Assembly: GCF_000737315.1 (NCBI RefSeq)
Contig: NZ_JMCB01000001.1
Coordinates: forward strand, 144,001 to 268,000
Direction of reading: 5' to 3'
From: Hyalangium minutum
Lineage (GTDB): Bacteria > Myxococcota > Myxococcia > Myxococcales > Myxococcaceae
DNA length: 124,000 nucleotides
Part shown: piece by piece, positions 53,670 through 63,718 of the stretch
Position numbering within the stretch: the first letter of the stretch is position 1
Layout: every line of letters begins with the position of its first letter
The notes under the pieces: model-generated
The model's database searches: none
What the model was told of the DNA's origin: nothing
Seen by the model: only the letters and a program-made list of their open reading frames with translations
Translations under genes and position numbers: made by a program

Positions 53670-54110
53670 GTGAAATACCCCCCCCGGCTGGGACACCTGG
53701 CCACCCGCCCCGTAGTAGTGAACCGGCTGGTGCCCACCTATGCGAAGGCCCACCAGATTGACGAACAGGAGGCCGCTCAGCGGCTGGAGCGCGCCATCGC
53801 CGGGCGCCTCTGGGAGGACCTGCTTGCGGCCACGTGGGAGGCGATGCAGAGCCGCGTGAAGCGGCTGGACGAGCAGAAGCTGCTGGAGAAGGTGTTCAAC
53901 ACGCTCGAGGATCGGCCCCTGCGCTATGGCCGGGTGGTGGAGCCCAACGCCGCCTGGAGCGCCTTCATGATGCTGCTGGACCTGGAGATCGGCACCGCGG
54001 GGGACGCGGCCCGCAAGGTGATGGAGTCCGAGCAGGGCCGGAAGATGATCAGCGCCGGGCTCGCGGAGGCGGGGATGTTCCTCGCCATCGAGCTGACCAA
54101 GGGAAAGTGA
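53670..54110 (+). CDS. Hypothetical protein
   Basis: ORF with RBS and GC3 bias. Confidence 0.65.
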   Translation: MKYPPRLGHLATRPVVVNRLVPTYAKAHQIDEQEAAQRLERAIAGRLWEDLLAATWEAMQSRVKRLDEQKLLEKVFNTLEDRPLRYGRVVEPNAAWSAFMMLLDLEIGTAGDAARKVMESEQGRKMISAGLAEAGMFLAIELTKGK

Positions 54111-54223
54111 GCCCGCCTCCCCAGCGGCATTTCCACGGGGCCCAGGCTGTTGGCTCCACTCGACGACCCGAGCCGCCGTGCCCCTCGAGCAGCGGGGCGG
54201 GCGCCCCCTGAGAGACCCTGCAC

Positions 54224-55207
54224 GTGCTCATCCGGTACTCCGACTGGAAGCGGCCCACCGACGACGTCTATGCGTTCCGTCTGCGCACGGCCGCTGGCGC
54301 CGCCGAGCCAGGCGCGTTCATCCCCGCGCTGCCCGGCGTGGGGACCCAGAGCGACATCCGGGACGTCCTCCGCCGGGTGCTCGCGGACGGAGAGGCCGAG
54401 CGCTTCGAGCGCCAGATCGATCGCTGGTCCGGCCCCGAGGACGTGGTCGGAGAGGCGCGCGAGAAGCCTTACGCAGGGCAGCAGCACACCTTCGAGGAGC
54501 GCTCCCCGAGCGACACCCTCACGATGGCGGACGTGGACGCGGTGCTCCGAGGCATCGTCCTCGTGCTGCGCGGCAGCTCCGGTGCCACCGACTACGTGCT
54601 GCGTGACCACCACATGCTGGATGTGGCGCTGTACCACTATTGGACCACCGGCGAGCTGCCGAGCGCCCTCTTCCATGCAGACAGGCACTCGGACTGGTGC
54701 AAGGACAGCTACCTGGAGGCCCGCCGGCCCCAACAGGCGGCCACCTGGTGGGCGCTCATCGAGGGCCTCAAGCGCCCCAGCACCGGCGCTCCCGTGCTCT
54801 CCGAGCGGGCCGTCTTCTTCACCACCGCGGCGGCCGAGCGCTCCTCCCGGATGAGCGGGCGGGACATTGGCGCCTCGGTGCGCGTGCCCGGCTTCCTCGA
54901 TCCGGAGGGGCTCCGCTGGCCCCAGGTCCTCGAACAGCCCGGCGCCACCGAGGCGGACTGGGTCTCTCTGGATCTGGACTTCTTCCAGCCCTCACCCCAG
55001 CTCCGCGTCAGCAAGGGGCTGCTGCGAGACGCCCGCTTCCAGGGACTCCTCTCCGGCGCCCGGGTGCGCGTCTTCGTGCTCTCACCCCAGTTCACCAACG
55101 GTGGAGACCGGATCGATCCGTGGGTGATTCAGGGCCACCTGCATTCCTCGCTCCGGCTGCTCAACCTGCTGCGCCGCCCACTCCGCCTGGGGGTTCCCCA
55201 AGCCTGA
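54224..55207 (+). CDS. Hypothetical protein with arginase/deacetylase-like metal motifs (UPF0489-like)
   Basis: DHH, HADRHSD, SLDLDFF. Confidence 0.6.
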   Translation: MLIRYSDWKRPTDDVYAFRLRTAAGAAEPGAFIPALPGVGTQSDIRDVLRRVLADGEAERFERQIDRWSGPEDVVGEAREKPYAGQQHTFEERSPSDTLTMADVDAVLRGIVLVLRGSSGATDYVLRDHHMLDVALYHYWTTGELPSALFHADRHSDWCKDSYLEARRPQQAATWWALIEGLKRPSTGAPVLSERAVFFTTAAAERSSRMSGRDIGASVRVPGFLDPEGLRWPQVLEQPGATEADWVSLDLDFFQPSPQLRVSKGLLRDARFQGLLSGARVRVFVLSPQFTNGGDRIDPWVIQGHLHSSLRLLNLLRRPLRLGVPQA

Positions 55208-55347
55208 GGCAGGCGTGTCAGCCGGCATGTCATTTCTTCGGCCTTCCAACGAGATTCCACTGTCACGGAACCTCTTGCGATAGCAGTTCCCATTTTTCTG
55301 AAACCCGATGACAATCTCCCCCCTCTGCAGTTGGGGATGGGTCATCG

Positions 55348-57492
55348 ATGCCTCAGGAGAAAGCGAAGAGCCCTGAGCAGCAGCCCTCGGAAGCGTCCGA
55401 GAGGCCCGATCCGACCCTGCCCGTAGGGAGCGGCGCTCCCGCCCCGGCAGGAGAGATGTCCCCCACCAACCTGCGCCCGGACGCCAAGAGCCCGGAGCAG
55501 TGGTGGGCGCCTCCGGAGACCTCTCCCGAGGGCCAACCCGGCTCCCCTCCCAAGGTCCCCACGCCCGTGACAGAGAAGAAGGACCCGCTCATCGGCACGG
55601 TGGTGGGCAGCTTCCGGCTCATCCGCAAGCTGGGCGGCGGCGGCATGGGCACCGTCTACCTGGGCGAGCACACCTTGATTGGCAGCAAGGTCGCCGTGAA
55701 GTTCCTCCACGAGCACTTCGCCTCCAATGAGGCCCTCGTCCAGCGCTTCCTCGCGGAAGCCCGCTCCGTCAACCTCATCGGCCACGAAAACATCATCAAC
55801 ATCTTCGACATGAGCCTGCTGCCTCCTCGCAGGCACTACCTCGTCATGGAGTACCTGGAGGGCAGCCCTCTCTCGTCCATGACGGGGAGCCCGCAGCCGC
55901 CCTCGGTGATCGTGCCGATCCTCACCCAGGTGTGCGATGCGCTTCAGGCGGCTCACCTCAACGGCGTGGTCCACCGGGACCTGAAGCCGGAGAACATCTT
56001 CCTCGTGCGGCATGACCGCACACCGCACTTCGTGAAGGTGCTGGACTTCGGCATCGCCAAGCTGCTCGACGGGGCGCACTCGCCGGGGCAGACCTCGATG
56101 GGCACCATCATCGGGACCCCGGAGTACATGGCTCCCGAGCAGTGGGCCGGCAAGGGCGTGGATGGGCGCACAGACCTGTACGCGCTGGGCATCATCTCCT
56201 ACGAGCTGCTCACCGGCCGCACGCCCTTCCCCAAGGGAGGGCTGGGGAGCCTGCTGCACGCCCACCTCCAGGAGCTGCCCCCTGCGCCCCACGAGCTGAC
56301 CCCGTCGGTGCCCCTGCCGCTCTCGCAGCTCGTCATGCGTGCCATGGCCAAGCGCCCGGAAGATCGCTTCCGGACCGCAGCCGAGATGCGCACCGCGCTG
56401 GAACAGGCACTCGCGGGGCAGGCACCGGCTCCGCTTCCGTCGCTCGCCACGCCCGCTCCTGCCCCAGTTCCCGCGGCCACACCGCCCTCGCTGCCGCTGG
56501 ACACGGCGATGGCCATTCCGGCGACGGCCCCCGCTCCGCCCCGGCGGCCCGCGTCTCCTCCGCCGCTCGAGGCCTTCGCCAAGGGGGTCCTCACTCCGGG
56601 CTCGGAGCCGCTCCGCATGAGCTGCACGGACCTGAGCCGCGCTGGGGCCTTCCTGTGCACCGAAGGCTCGCTGCCCCCGCTGCGCTCGCGCGTAGCGCTC
56701 ACCCTGGAGGTGCGCGGCCAGAACCTGCCCTGTACCGGCGAGGTTGTCCGCCACGTCACCCCGGCCCAGGCGGGCTCCTGGGGCATGCGCGCGGGCTTCG
56801 CCGTCCAGTTCATCAACCTGTCCGCCGAAGCCCGCGACGCCCTCTCCCGCCTCTCCCAGGGCCAGACAGCGCCCTCGGCCACCCCCAAGGTGCTCTCGGA
56901 CGATCCGCAGGCGGAGTCGCTGCTGACCATGCTCCAGCAGCGCATGAACGCCGACCCGTACGTGCTGCTGTCACTCCCCCAGAACGCCACGTTCGATGAA
57001 GTTCGCCAGCACGGCCGCGCCGCCACGAGCGCCCTGGAGACCATCGCCGCCCGGCCGCTGTCGGCCCGCCAGGCGAAGGAGCTCTCCGAGATGCGCTCGC
57101 GCATCGAGAAGGCCGCGGACCTGCTGGGACACCCCCGCCAGCGCATCGAGCACGACGCCTGGCGCGCCAACTACGCGGGCGTGGCCCGGTGCATCTCCAG
57201 CGGCCTCACCGCCACCGAGATCGAGTCCCTGCGCGCCCGCTACCTGGTGGCCCACCCAGGCACGGAGGCGCGCGAGCGCATCCACGCCGCCACCGCCTCC
57301 GCCTGGGAATCCCAAGGCAGCATCGGCCTGGCCCTGGCCGAATACGAGAAGGCGCTCGCCGCCGACCCGCTCAACCTGCAGCTCCAGCAGCGCTACTGGA
57401 ACCTCAAGCAGCGCGGCGTGAAGCCCACCCCACCCCCGGAGAGCAGCTCCAAAGAGGGCCAGGACGTGCCGGGGCTGCGGCGCCGCCGCTAG
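55348..57492 (+). CDS. Ser/Thr protein kinase with PilZ-like and J-like C-terminal domains
   Basis: LGGGGMGTVY, VAVK, HRDLKPEN, DFG, GTPEYMAPE; DLSRAGAFL..GFAVQF; DPYVLL. Confidence 0.92.
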   Translation: MPQEKAKSPEQQPSEASERPDPTLPVGSGAPAPAGEMSPTNLRPDAKSPEQWWAPPETSPEGQPGSPPKVPTPVTEKKDPLIGTVVGSFRLIRKLGGGGMGTVYLGEHTLIGSKVAVKFLHEHFASNEALVQRFLAEARSVNLIGHENIINIFDMSLLPPRRHYLVMEYLEGSPLSSMTGSPQPPSVIVPILTQVCDALQAAHLNGVVHRDLKPENIFLVRHDRTPHFVKVLDFGIAKLLDGAHSPGQTSMGTIIGTPEYMAPEQWAGKGVDGRTDLYALGIISYELLTGRTPFPKGGLGSLLHAHLQELPPAPHELTPSVPLPLSQLVMRAMAKRPEDRFRTAAEMRTALEQALAGQAPAPLPSLATPAPAPVPAATPPSLPLDTAMAIPATAPAPPRRPASPPPLEAFAKGVLTPGSEPLRMSCTDLSRAGAFLCTEGSLPPLRSRVALTLEVRGQNLPCTGEVVRHVTPAQAGSWGMRAGFAVQFINLSAEARDALSRLSQGQTAPSATPKVLSDDPQAESLLTMLQQRMNADPYVLLSLPQNATFDEVRQHGRAATSALETIAARPLSARQAKELSEMRSRIEKAADLLGHPRQRIEHDAWRANYAGVARCISSGLTATEIESLRARYLVAHPGTEARERIHAATASAWESQGSIGLALAEYEKALAADPLNLQLQQRYWNLKQRGVKPTPPPESSSKEGQDVPGLRRRR

Positions 57493-57510
57493 TCAGCGCG
57501 CGAGGCCTCC

Positions 57511-59427
57511 TTACTTCGGCATGAAGTTGAAGGCCTTGAGCATGAGGATGAAGATGCCCATGAGGCTCTCGCCCGCGAGGAAGCCAGAGCCCACGGGGAA
57601 CACGGCGGCCTCCGCCACCTTCGGCTTGCGCCGGCGCAGGTACTCCGCGATGCCCGCGCCGATGCAGAAGCTGATCGAGCTGGAGCCGGGGATGACGATG
57701 GCCAGCCCGAAGCCCGCGGCCGATGGAATGTAGGGCTTCGCGGCCTTCGGGGCCCACCGGTCCAGCAGCACCAGGGCGATGCCCAGCAGCCCTCCGCACA
57801 GTGCTCCCATGCGGGCGCTGGGGTGCAGCGCCTCCAGGCCCACCGACAGCATCTTGGAGACGCCCGCCCAGACCATCACGCCCGGAGCGGGGAACTCCTC
57901 ACCGCCCAGGACCTGCGCATCCGGCACGAGCAGGTTGAAGGCGGGCACCACGATGGCCGCGCCCGCCACCACGCCAAAGAGCTGGCCGATGAGCTGCTGC
58001 CGGGGGTTACCGCCGAGCAGCCATCCGGACTTGAGATCGATCAGCAGATCCGCCGCGTGCAGGCCGACGCCACCTGTGGCATTGGCACTCATGACGTTGG
58101 CGGCCACGTTGCCGGGCGCCAGCCCTCCGTAGATGAGCTGCGTGACAGGGCCGAGTGCCTTGGTCGGCGTGGTGTCCGTCTCTCCGGTGACCCGGGCGGC
58201 GATGAAGCCCATCACCACGGCGAGCGGCAGCGCGAGCACGCCGGCCCACACGGGGATCTGGAAGAGGTACGCCATCAGCGCCACGGCGACGGGCCCCAGG
58301 ATGGCGAAGCCCATGGGGAACCAGGAGGGAGGAACCTCGATGGCGGCCAGGGGATCCTGGGTGGCCTCGTGCTTCTTCCGGAACAAGCCCGAGAGAGCCT
58401 GGAGCGAGCGGGCCACGCTGCGCCACTGGAACGCGAAAGAGAGCACCCCCGAGGTGACGAGCAGCGCCGCGCCCGTCCACAGCATCCAGGTGTTGATGGC
58501 CTTCTGGGTGACGGCGGTGATGAAGCCCTGATCCACCATGGCGGGAGCCAGGAAGCCATAGGTGAGGACAGCGCCCAGGAGCATGGACCAGCCGGTCTTC
58601 CAGGTCATCAGCATGCCGCCGCCGATGAGCAGCAGGCTCGGCTCGAAGGCCAGGCCCCAGTCCTTCAATGGACGGTCCCGGAGGGTGGCCCAGGGCAGAA
58701 TGCTCTTCTTTTCCATGATCGGCAGCGGCAGGCGAAGGAACTCGGGGGCATGAGTGTTGAGCCAGGCGCTCTTCGCGTCCCGCAGCACCGCGACGATGGC
58801 ACCGATCAATCCCGCGATGCCGAGCAGCCGTGACTTCTGCCGTGCCACCTCGCCGTGGCCGTGGAGCGCCTTGATGGTCTCGGCGGTGGCGATGCCGGAG
58901 GGGAACGGCAGCGCCTCGATGTTGACGAGCTGGCGCTTGATGGGGATGGCGGCAAAGACACCCAGCGCGGCGATGACGGCGAACCACAGCACCAGCCAGC
59001 CCGTGCCGGGCAGCGTGCCAGTGAGCACCAGCAACGCGGGCACGGCGGCCATGTTGCCGCCTCCCGTCATGTAGCCCGCCGCCGACGCCACCGAGCCCAT
59101 GGCGTTGTTCTCCAGCGGAGAGAAGTCCTCCCGGAACACGCGCAGCTGGCGCATCAGGTTGAAGAAGGAGAACGCCAGGATGCAGGCGGTCACGGTGACG
59201 CCCATGCTCCAGCCCGTCTTCAGGATGATGTACAGGTTGGACAGGCACATCACCATGCCGATGAGCATGCCGGCCACGATGGCGCGCGGCGTGAGCTGGC
59301 GCGCGCCGCCCTGGTACACGTTCTCCAGCCAGTAGCGCTCCGGGTCCTGGCCCTCGGCGGGCGCGGCCACCGGCGGAGCGTCGTGGGGATCGTGGCGAGG
59401 CGTCTCGTTGGCGGCGGGCTGAGTCAT
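57511..59427 (-). CDS. OPT-family oligopeptide transporter
   Basis: LKTGWSMG, ENNAMGSVASA, LPFPSG.ATAETI, DLKSG. Confidence 0.9.
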   Translation of the reverse strand: MTQPAANETPRHDPHDAPPVAAPAEGQDPERYWLENVYQGGARQLTPRAIVAGMLIGMVMCLSNLYIILKTGWSMGVTVTACILAFSFFNLMRQLRVFREDFSPLENNAMGSVASAAGYMTGGGNMAAVPALLVLTGTLPGTGWLVLWFAVIAALGVFAAIPIKRQLVNIEALPFPSGIATAETIKALHGHGEVARQKSRLLGIAGLIGAIVAVLRDAKSAWLNTHAPEFLRLPLPIMEKKSILPWATLRDRPLKDWGLAFEPSLLLIGGGMLMTWKTGWSMLLGAVLTYGFLAPAMVDQGFITAVTQKAINTWMLWTGAALLVTSGVLSFAFQWRSVARSLQALSGLFRKKHEATQDPLAAIEVPPSWFPMGFAILGPVAVALMAYLFQIPVWAGVLALPLAVVMGFIAARVTGETDTTPTKALGPVTQLIYGGLAPGNVAANVMSANATGGVGLHAADLLIDLKSGWLLGGNPRQQLIGQLFGVVAGAAIVVPAFNLLVPDAQVLGGEEFPAPGVMVWAGVSKMLSVGLEALHPSARMGALCGGLLGIALVLLDRWAPKAAKPYIPSAAGFGLAIVIPGSSSISFCIGAGIAEYLRRRKPKVAEAAVFPVGSGFLAGESLMGIFILMLKAFNFMPK

Positions 59428-59679
59428 TGGGAGCGCAACGATAATGCACCTGCCCGGAATCACCGAACGCCTCCACCAAGCGGGCAGCCGGCGTCCCTTC
59501 CCCGGCGGAAGAGGGCCTCGCCCTCACGCCCGGGGTACGTCACCACGCAGAGTGTTCACCCCCCGGAATTCGACGAGCGAGGAGTGTTCGCCAGCCCATG
59601 GCGCTGGCCCATGGCGGTGGCAGGCCCCCGCTCCCCACGCCATGAGAGAGGTTCCACTGCTGGTCTCCGGAGCCTCTTG

Positions 59680-60903
59680 ATGCTCTCCTTGCTTTCCCGT
59701 TGGAGCCGCGCCCTGCTCCTCCTGACGCTCGCCTGTGCCTCCTGCTCTGAACGTCAGAGCCCCGCTCAGCCGCCTCCTCCCGAGGGCCCCAATCCTCAGG
59801 AGGACACGGCCCTCAGCAACGTGCTGCGGCCCGAGCGCCAGGTCTTCCGCCCAGAGCTGCTCCAGAACCTCACGCTCCCCCCTGGCTTCGCGGTCTCTGT
59901 GTTCGCGCAGGATCTGGGTGCCCCGCGGATGATGGCCGAGGGACCGGATGGGTCGCTCTACGTCACGCGGCCGAAGCAGTCAGATGTGGTGCGGCTTCGG
60001 GACACGAACGGGGATGGCCGCGCCGAGGCGCCGAGCGTGGTCCTCTCAGGACTCAAGGACGTGCATGGCCTCGCCCTGCACCAGGGACGAGCCTATGTCG
60101 CCACGCCCACCCAGGTTCACGTCGTGGAGGTGCTGGGGGATGGCAGCTGGGGCTCTCCCCAGCTCCTGGTGGACCGGCTTCCGGATGGAGGCCAGCACGC
60201 CAATCGCACGCTCGCCGTGGGGCCTGATGGCAAGCTCTACCTCTCGGTGGGCAGCAGCTGCAACGCGTGCGACGAGACCAACGAAGAACACGCGACGCTG
60301 CTGCGGGTGAACCTGGATGGCAAGGGCCGGGAGATTTTCGCCCGGGGTCTGCGCAACACCATCGGCTTCGGCTGGCACCCGCAGTCGGGAGAGCTGTGGG
60401 GCATGGATCATGGCAGCGACCACCGCGGCGATGACATTCCTCCCGAGGAGCTCAACCGGCTGGTGCAAGGAAAGGACTACGGATGGCCTTATGCCTTTGG
60501 CCAGCAGCAGCCCGATCCGGTGATCGACGAGCCGAAGAACATGACCAAGGCGGAGTACGTGGCGAAGACGGAGCCGGCCGTCCTCACCTATCCGGCCCAC
60601 AGCGCCCCCATCGGGATGGTCTTCTACACGGGGGTGGCCTTCCCGGCCGAGTACCAGGGGGATGCGTTCGTCGCCATGAGGGGCTCGTGGAACCGCAAGC
60701 CCGCCACTGGCTACAAGCTGGTGCGCATCGACTTCAATGGCGGCCAACCCCAGCGCTTCGAGGACTTCATGACGGGCTTCCTGCTCGAAGAGGGCCGTGC
60801 CCACTTCGGGCGGCTGGCCGGCGTGACGCAGACACGGGACGGGGCGCTGCTGCTCGGAGATGACACCAACGGGGTCATCTACCGCATCACCTACAAGAAC
60901 TGA
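59680..60903 (+). CDS. PQQ-dependent sugar/sorbosone dehydrogenase family lipoprotein
   Basis: Lipobox; GLRNTIGFGWHP, DYGWPY, AHSAPIGM, RGSWNR. Confidence 0.88.
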   Translation: MLSLLSRWSRALLLLTLACASCSERQSPAQPPPPEGPNPQEDTALSNVLRPERQVFRPELLQNLTLPPGFAVSVFAQDLGAPRMMAEGPDGSLYVTRPKQSDVVRLRDTNGDGRAEAPSVVLSGLKDVHGLALHQGRAYVATPTQVHVVEVLGDGSWGSPQLLVDRLPDGGQHANRTLAVGPDGKLYLSVGSSCNACDETNEEHATLLRVNLDGKGREIFARGLRNTIGFGWHPQSGELWGMDHGSDHRGDDIPPEELNRLVQGKDYGWPYAFGQQQPDPVIDEPKNMTKAEYVAKTEPAVLTYPAHSAPIGMVFYTGVAFPAEYQGDAFVAMRGSWNRKPATGYKLVRIDFNGGQPQRFEDFMTGFLLEEGRAHFGRLAGVTQTRDGALLLGDDTNGVIYRITYKN

Positions 60904-60922
60904 GCCCCGTCCCCTCTTTCAG

Positions 60923-61471
60923 CTACTTGTGCTTGTGGCCATGGCCGTGGTCGTGGTCGTGGTCGTGGTCATGATCATGGCCGCCGTGATCGTGGGCGCC
61001 GCCCGGCCCGTGAGCGTGGCCGTGAGAGAGCTCCTCGGCCGTGGCGTCCCGGACGTCCTTCACGGTGACGTCGAAGTGCAGCGTCTTGCCCGCCAGCGGG
61101 TGGTTCAGGTCGACAATGACCGTCTCGCCCTTCACCTCGTGGATGCCGATGGGGATGACCTCGCCGCCGTCGGTCTGCGCGGCCAGCCGCATGCCCGGCT
61201 TGAGCTCGGCGTCGGCGGGGAACATGGTGCGCGGTACTTCCTGGAGGCCCCGAGCGTCATGCTCGCCGTAGCCCTGCGCGGGAGGGACCACCACCTGCTT
61301 GGCCTCGCCGGCGGCCAGGCCTTCGAGGGCCTTTTCGAGGCCAGGGACGATCTGACCGCGCCCATGCAGGTAGGAGAGAGGCTGGCCGGGCTCGCTCTGG
61401 TCGATGATCTGTCCGTCGCCCAGGTGCAGCTTGTACTCCAACGCAATGATGCGGTCCTTGCCGATCTTCAT
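60923..61471 (-). CDS. slyD: FKBP-type peptidyl-prolyl isomerase/metallochaperone SlyD
   Basis: PLSYLHG..QIVPGLEKAL, DLNHPLAGKTLHF, His-rich tail. Confidence 0.95.
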   Translation of the reverse strand: MKIGKDRIIALEYKLHLGDGQIIDQSEPGQPLSYLHGRGQIVPGLEKALEGLAAGEAKQVVVPPAQGYGEHDARGLQEVPRTMFPADAELKPGMRLAAQTDGGEVIPIGIHEVKGETVIVDLNHPLAGKTLHFDVTVKDVRDATAEELSHGHAHGPGGAHDHGGHDHDHDHDHDHGHGHKHK

Positions 61472-61706
61472 GAAGCGGCTCCTCGTGCTTCAACTGCGGG
61501 TGGTACTGCATTCAGGAAGTGTGCGAGCAGTGCTCCCCGTGCGCATGGCACAGACATGACACGGCAGAGCGAGCGAGCCCCAGCCCGGCGGGCCGATGTG
61601 CCAGAGGGAAGGGAGCTGTAGCGCGCGTTCAGGATGGGAAGCTCAGGGTGAGTCGGCAGGTATATCGCGCTTGAGCAAGGCTCGTCGCTCGGAGAGAAGC
61701 AGCCCG

Positions 61707-62987
61707 TCAAGAGGCAGACGGCTCGGCGGCACCCTCTAGCGGGGCATCGTCGTCCGGCTCGCCCCGAGCGACATAGAGGGCCGCAGCCAGATCCCCGGTG
61801 ACGTTGAGGGTGGTGCGGCACATGTCCAGGAATCGATCCACGCCCAGGATGAGCCCAATACCCTCGGTGGGGATCTTGAACATGCCCAGGATCATCAGGA
61901 CGACCGGGAGTGAGCCCGCGGGGACGCCTGCGGTGCCGATACCCGCGAGCACACAGATGAACATGATGACCGCCTGATCCCCGAGGCTCAGGGGCACGCC
62001 GTACACCTGCGCGAGGAAGAGCACAGTCACACCCTCGAAGAGCGCGGTGCCGTTCTGGTTCATGGCGGCGCCCGCGGTGAGAACGAAGCGGGACACGTGG
62101 CGCGGCAGGCGCAGGTTCTCCTCGGCGACTTTGAGCGCGGTGGGCAGGGTGGCGCTGGACGAGGCGGTGGAGAAGGCGGTGGCCATGGCGAGGCGGATGT
62201 CGCGGAAGAAGCTCACCGGGCTGCGGCCTCCGAGGAAGCGCACCGAGAGCGAGTACACCCCAAACATGTGCAGCCCGAGCGCCAGCAGCACCACCGCCAC
62301 GTACGAGAGAATCTGCTGCAGCACTTCCACGCCCAACTGCGCCATCACGGAGAACAGCAGCGCGGCGACACCGTAGGGCGCCAGCTTCAGCACGCCGTCG
62401 ATGAGCCGCATCATCACGTCATAGAGGCCCTGGATGGTCTCGCGCAGGCGGAGCGCGGCGGGCGTCTGCGTCAGGGCGAGCCCGGTGCCGAAAATGAGCG
62501 AGAAGAGGATGAGGCCAATCATGTCCCCGTCCGCCGCAGTGCGGATGGGGTTGTCGGGCACCATGTTGACGATGAGCGCGGCGGGCGACGTGCTGCTGGG
62601 CGCGGGCGCGGCCTTCATGGCGGCGGGGTTGTTCTTCGCGGCGGCACGGGCCTCTTCGCTGAAACCAGCCCCCGGCTGCAGCGTGTTGACCAGAAGCAGT
62701 CCGAGAAGCACGGCCAGGGAGGAGAAAACCACGGTGTAGACGACGGTCTTCAGCCCGAGCCGGCCAATCTGCTTCAGGTCCAGCTCACACACGCCCATCA
62801 CCAGGGCGGCAAAGAGCAGCGGCACCACCAGCATGAGCAGCAGTCGGATGAAGATCCTCCCCACGGGCTGGGTGAAGTTTGTCACCACGCTGGTGAGCCA
62901 GGCAGAGTCCCCAGCGACCGCATGGGCCACGAGTCCGGCCACGGTGCCGAAGAGAATGTCCACGAGCATCTTCTGGTGTGCCTTCAT
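61707..62987 (-). CDS. Dicarboxylate/amino acid:cation symporter (DAACS)
   Basis: AFSTASSSATLP, AMNQNGT, GVDRFLDMCRT. Confidence 0.92.
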   Translation of the reverse strand: MKAHQKMLVDILFGTVAGLVAHAVAGDSAWLTSVVTNFTQPVGRIFIRLLLMLVVPLLFAALVMGVCELDLKQIGRLGLKTVVYTVVFSSLAVLLGLLLVNTLQPGAGFSEEARAAAKNNPAAMKAAPAPSSTSPAALIVNMVPDNPIRTAADGDMIGLILFSLIFGTGLALTQTPAALRLRETIQGLYDVMMRLIDGVLKLAPYGVAALLFSVMAQLGVEVLQQILSYVAVVLLALGLHMFGVYSLSVRFLGGRSPVSFFRDIRLAMATAFSTASSSATLPTALKVAEENLRLPRHVSRFVLTAGAAMNQNGTALFEGVTVLFLAQVYGVPLSLGDQAVIMFICVLAGIGTAGVPAGSLPVVLMILGMFKIPTEGIGLILGVDRFLDMCRTTLNVTGDLAAALYVARGEPDDDAPLEGAAEPSAS

Positions 62988-63055
62988 CCCGGCGCAGCCT
63001 AACGGTGAATGGGGGTGGCGCCTATCTTCCATTCAGCGGAAGCTTCCGGCCCACC

Positions 63056-63718
63056 GTGGAACCGTCCGTCCATTTCACCGAGCTGACCGAAGGCGCCTTG
63101 CCGGAGCCTCTCTTCCGCCGCCTGCTGCGGCGCATGAGCGCCCTGGGCACCGAGCGGCTGCGCACCACCTACCAGACGACCTTCTGGTACGGCTTCGGCG
63201 AGCCCACCAACGTGGTGGAGGAGGCCATCCTCTTCCTGCGGCCGCGCGTGGTGAAGAACCTGCGCATCATCGGCGCGGAGTGGTGGCTGAGCCGCATGTA
63301 CGCCACGGACGTGCGGGTGGACTTCCACCAGGACCGCGACGAGAAGCTCGCCCTGCGCACCGGGAAGCTGGTGCACCCGAGGCTGTCTTCCGTGTTCTTC
63401 CTGAACCGGGTGCGCGGAGGGGCGCTCGCCATCACCTCGCAGCTCCCGGATCCGTCCAACCCGTCGTTGGCCCCCCAAAAGTTGGATGACCTGACGCTGG
63501 TGGCCCCCCGCCCCAACCGCTTCGTGGTCTTCGACGGGAAGCTCACCCACGGAGTGCTCGACGTGAACAACCAGATCCCCGACCGGAAGCTCCCGGGGCG
63601 CACCCGGCTCCGGCGCACCATCGCGATCAACTGGTGGGCCACGCGCCCCTCGGACACCCCCACGTGGGAGGAGACTGGCATCTACCGGGCGCTCGGGCTC
63701 AGGAGCCGCTCTCGGTAG
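63056..63718 (+). CDS. 2OG-Fe(II) oxygenase-like protein
   Basis: DFHQDRDE, FDGKLTHGV, RRTIAINWW; start uncertain. Confidence 0.65.
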   Translation: MEPSVHFTELTEGALPEPLFRRLLRRMSALGTERLRTTYQTTFWYGFGEPTNVVEEAILFLRPRVVKNLRIIGAEWWLSRMYATDVRVDFHQDRDEKLALRTGKLVHPRLSSVFFLNRVRGGALAITSQLPDPSNPSLAPQKLDDLTLVAPRPNRFVVFDGKLTHGVLDVNNQIPDRKLPGRTRLRRTIAINWWATRPSDTPTWEETGIYRALGLRSRSR

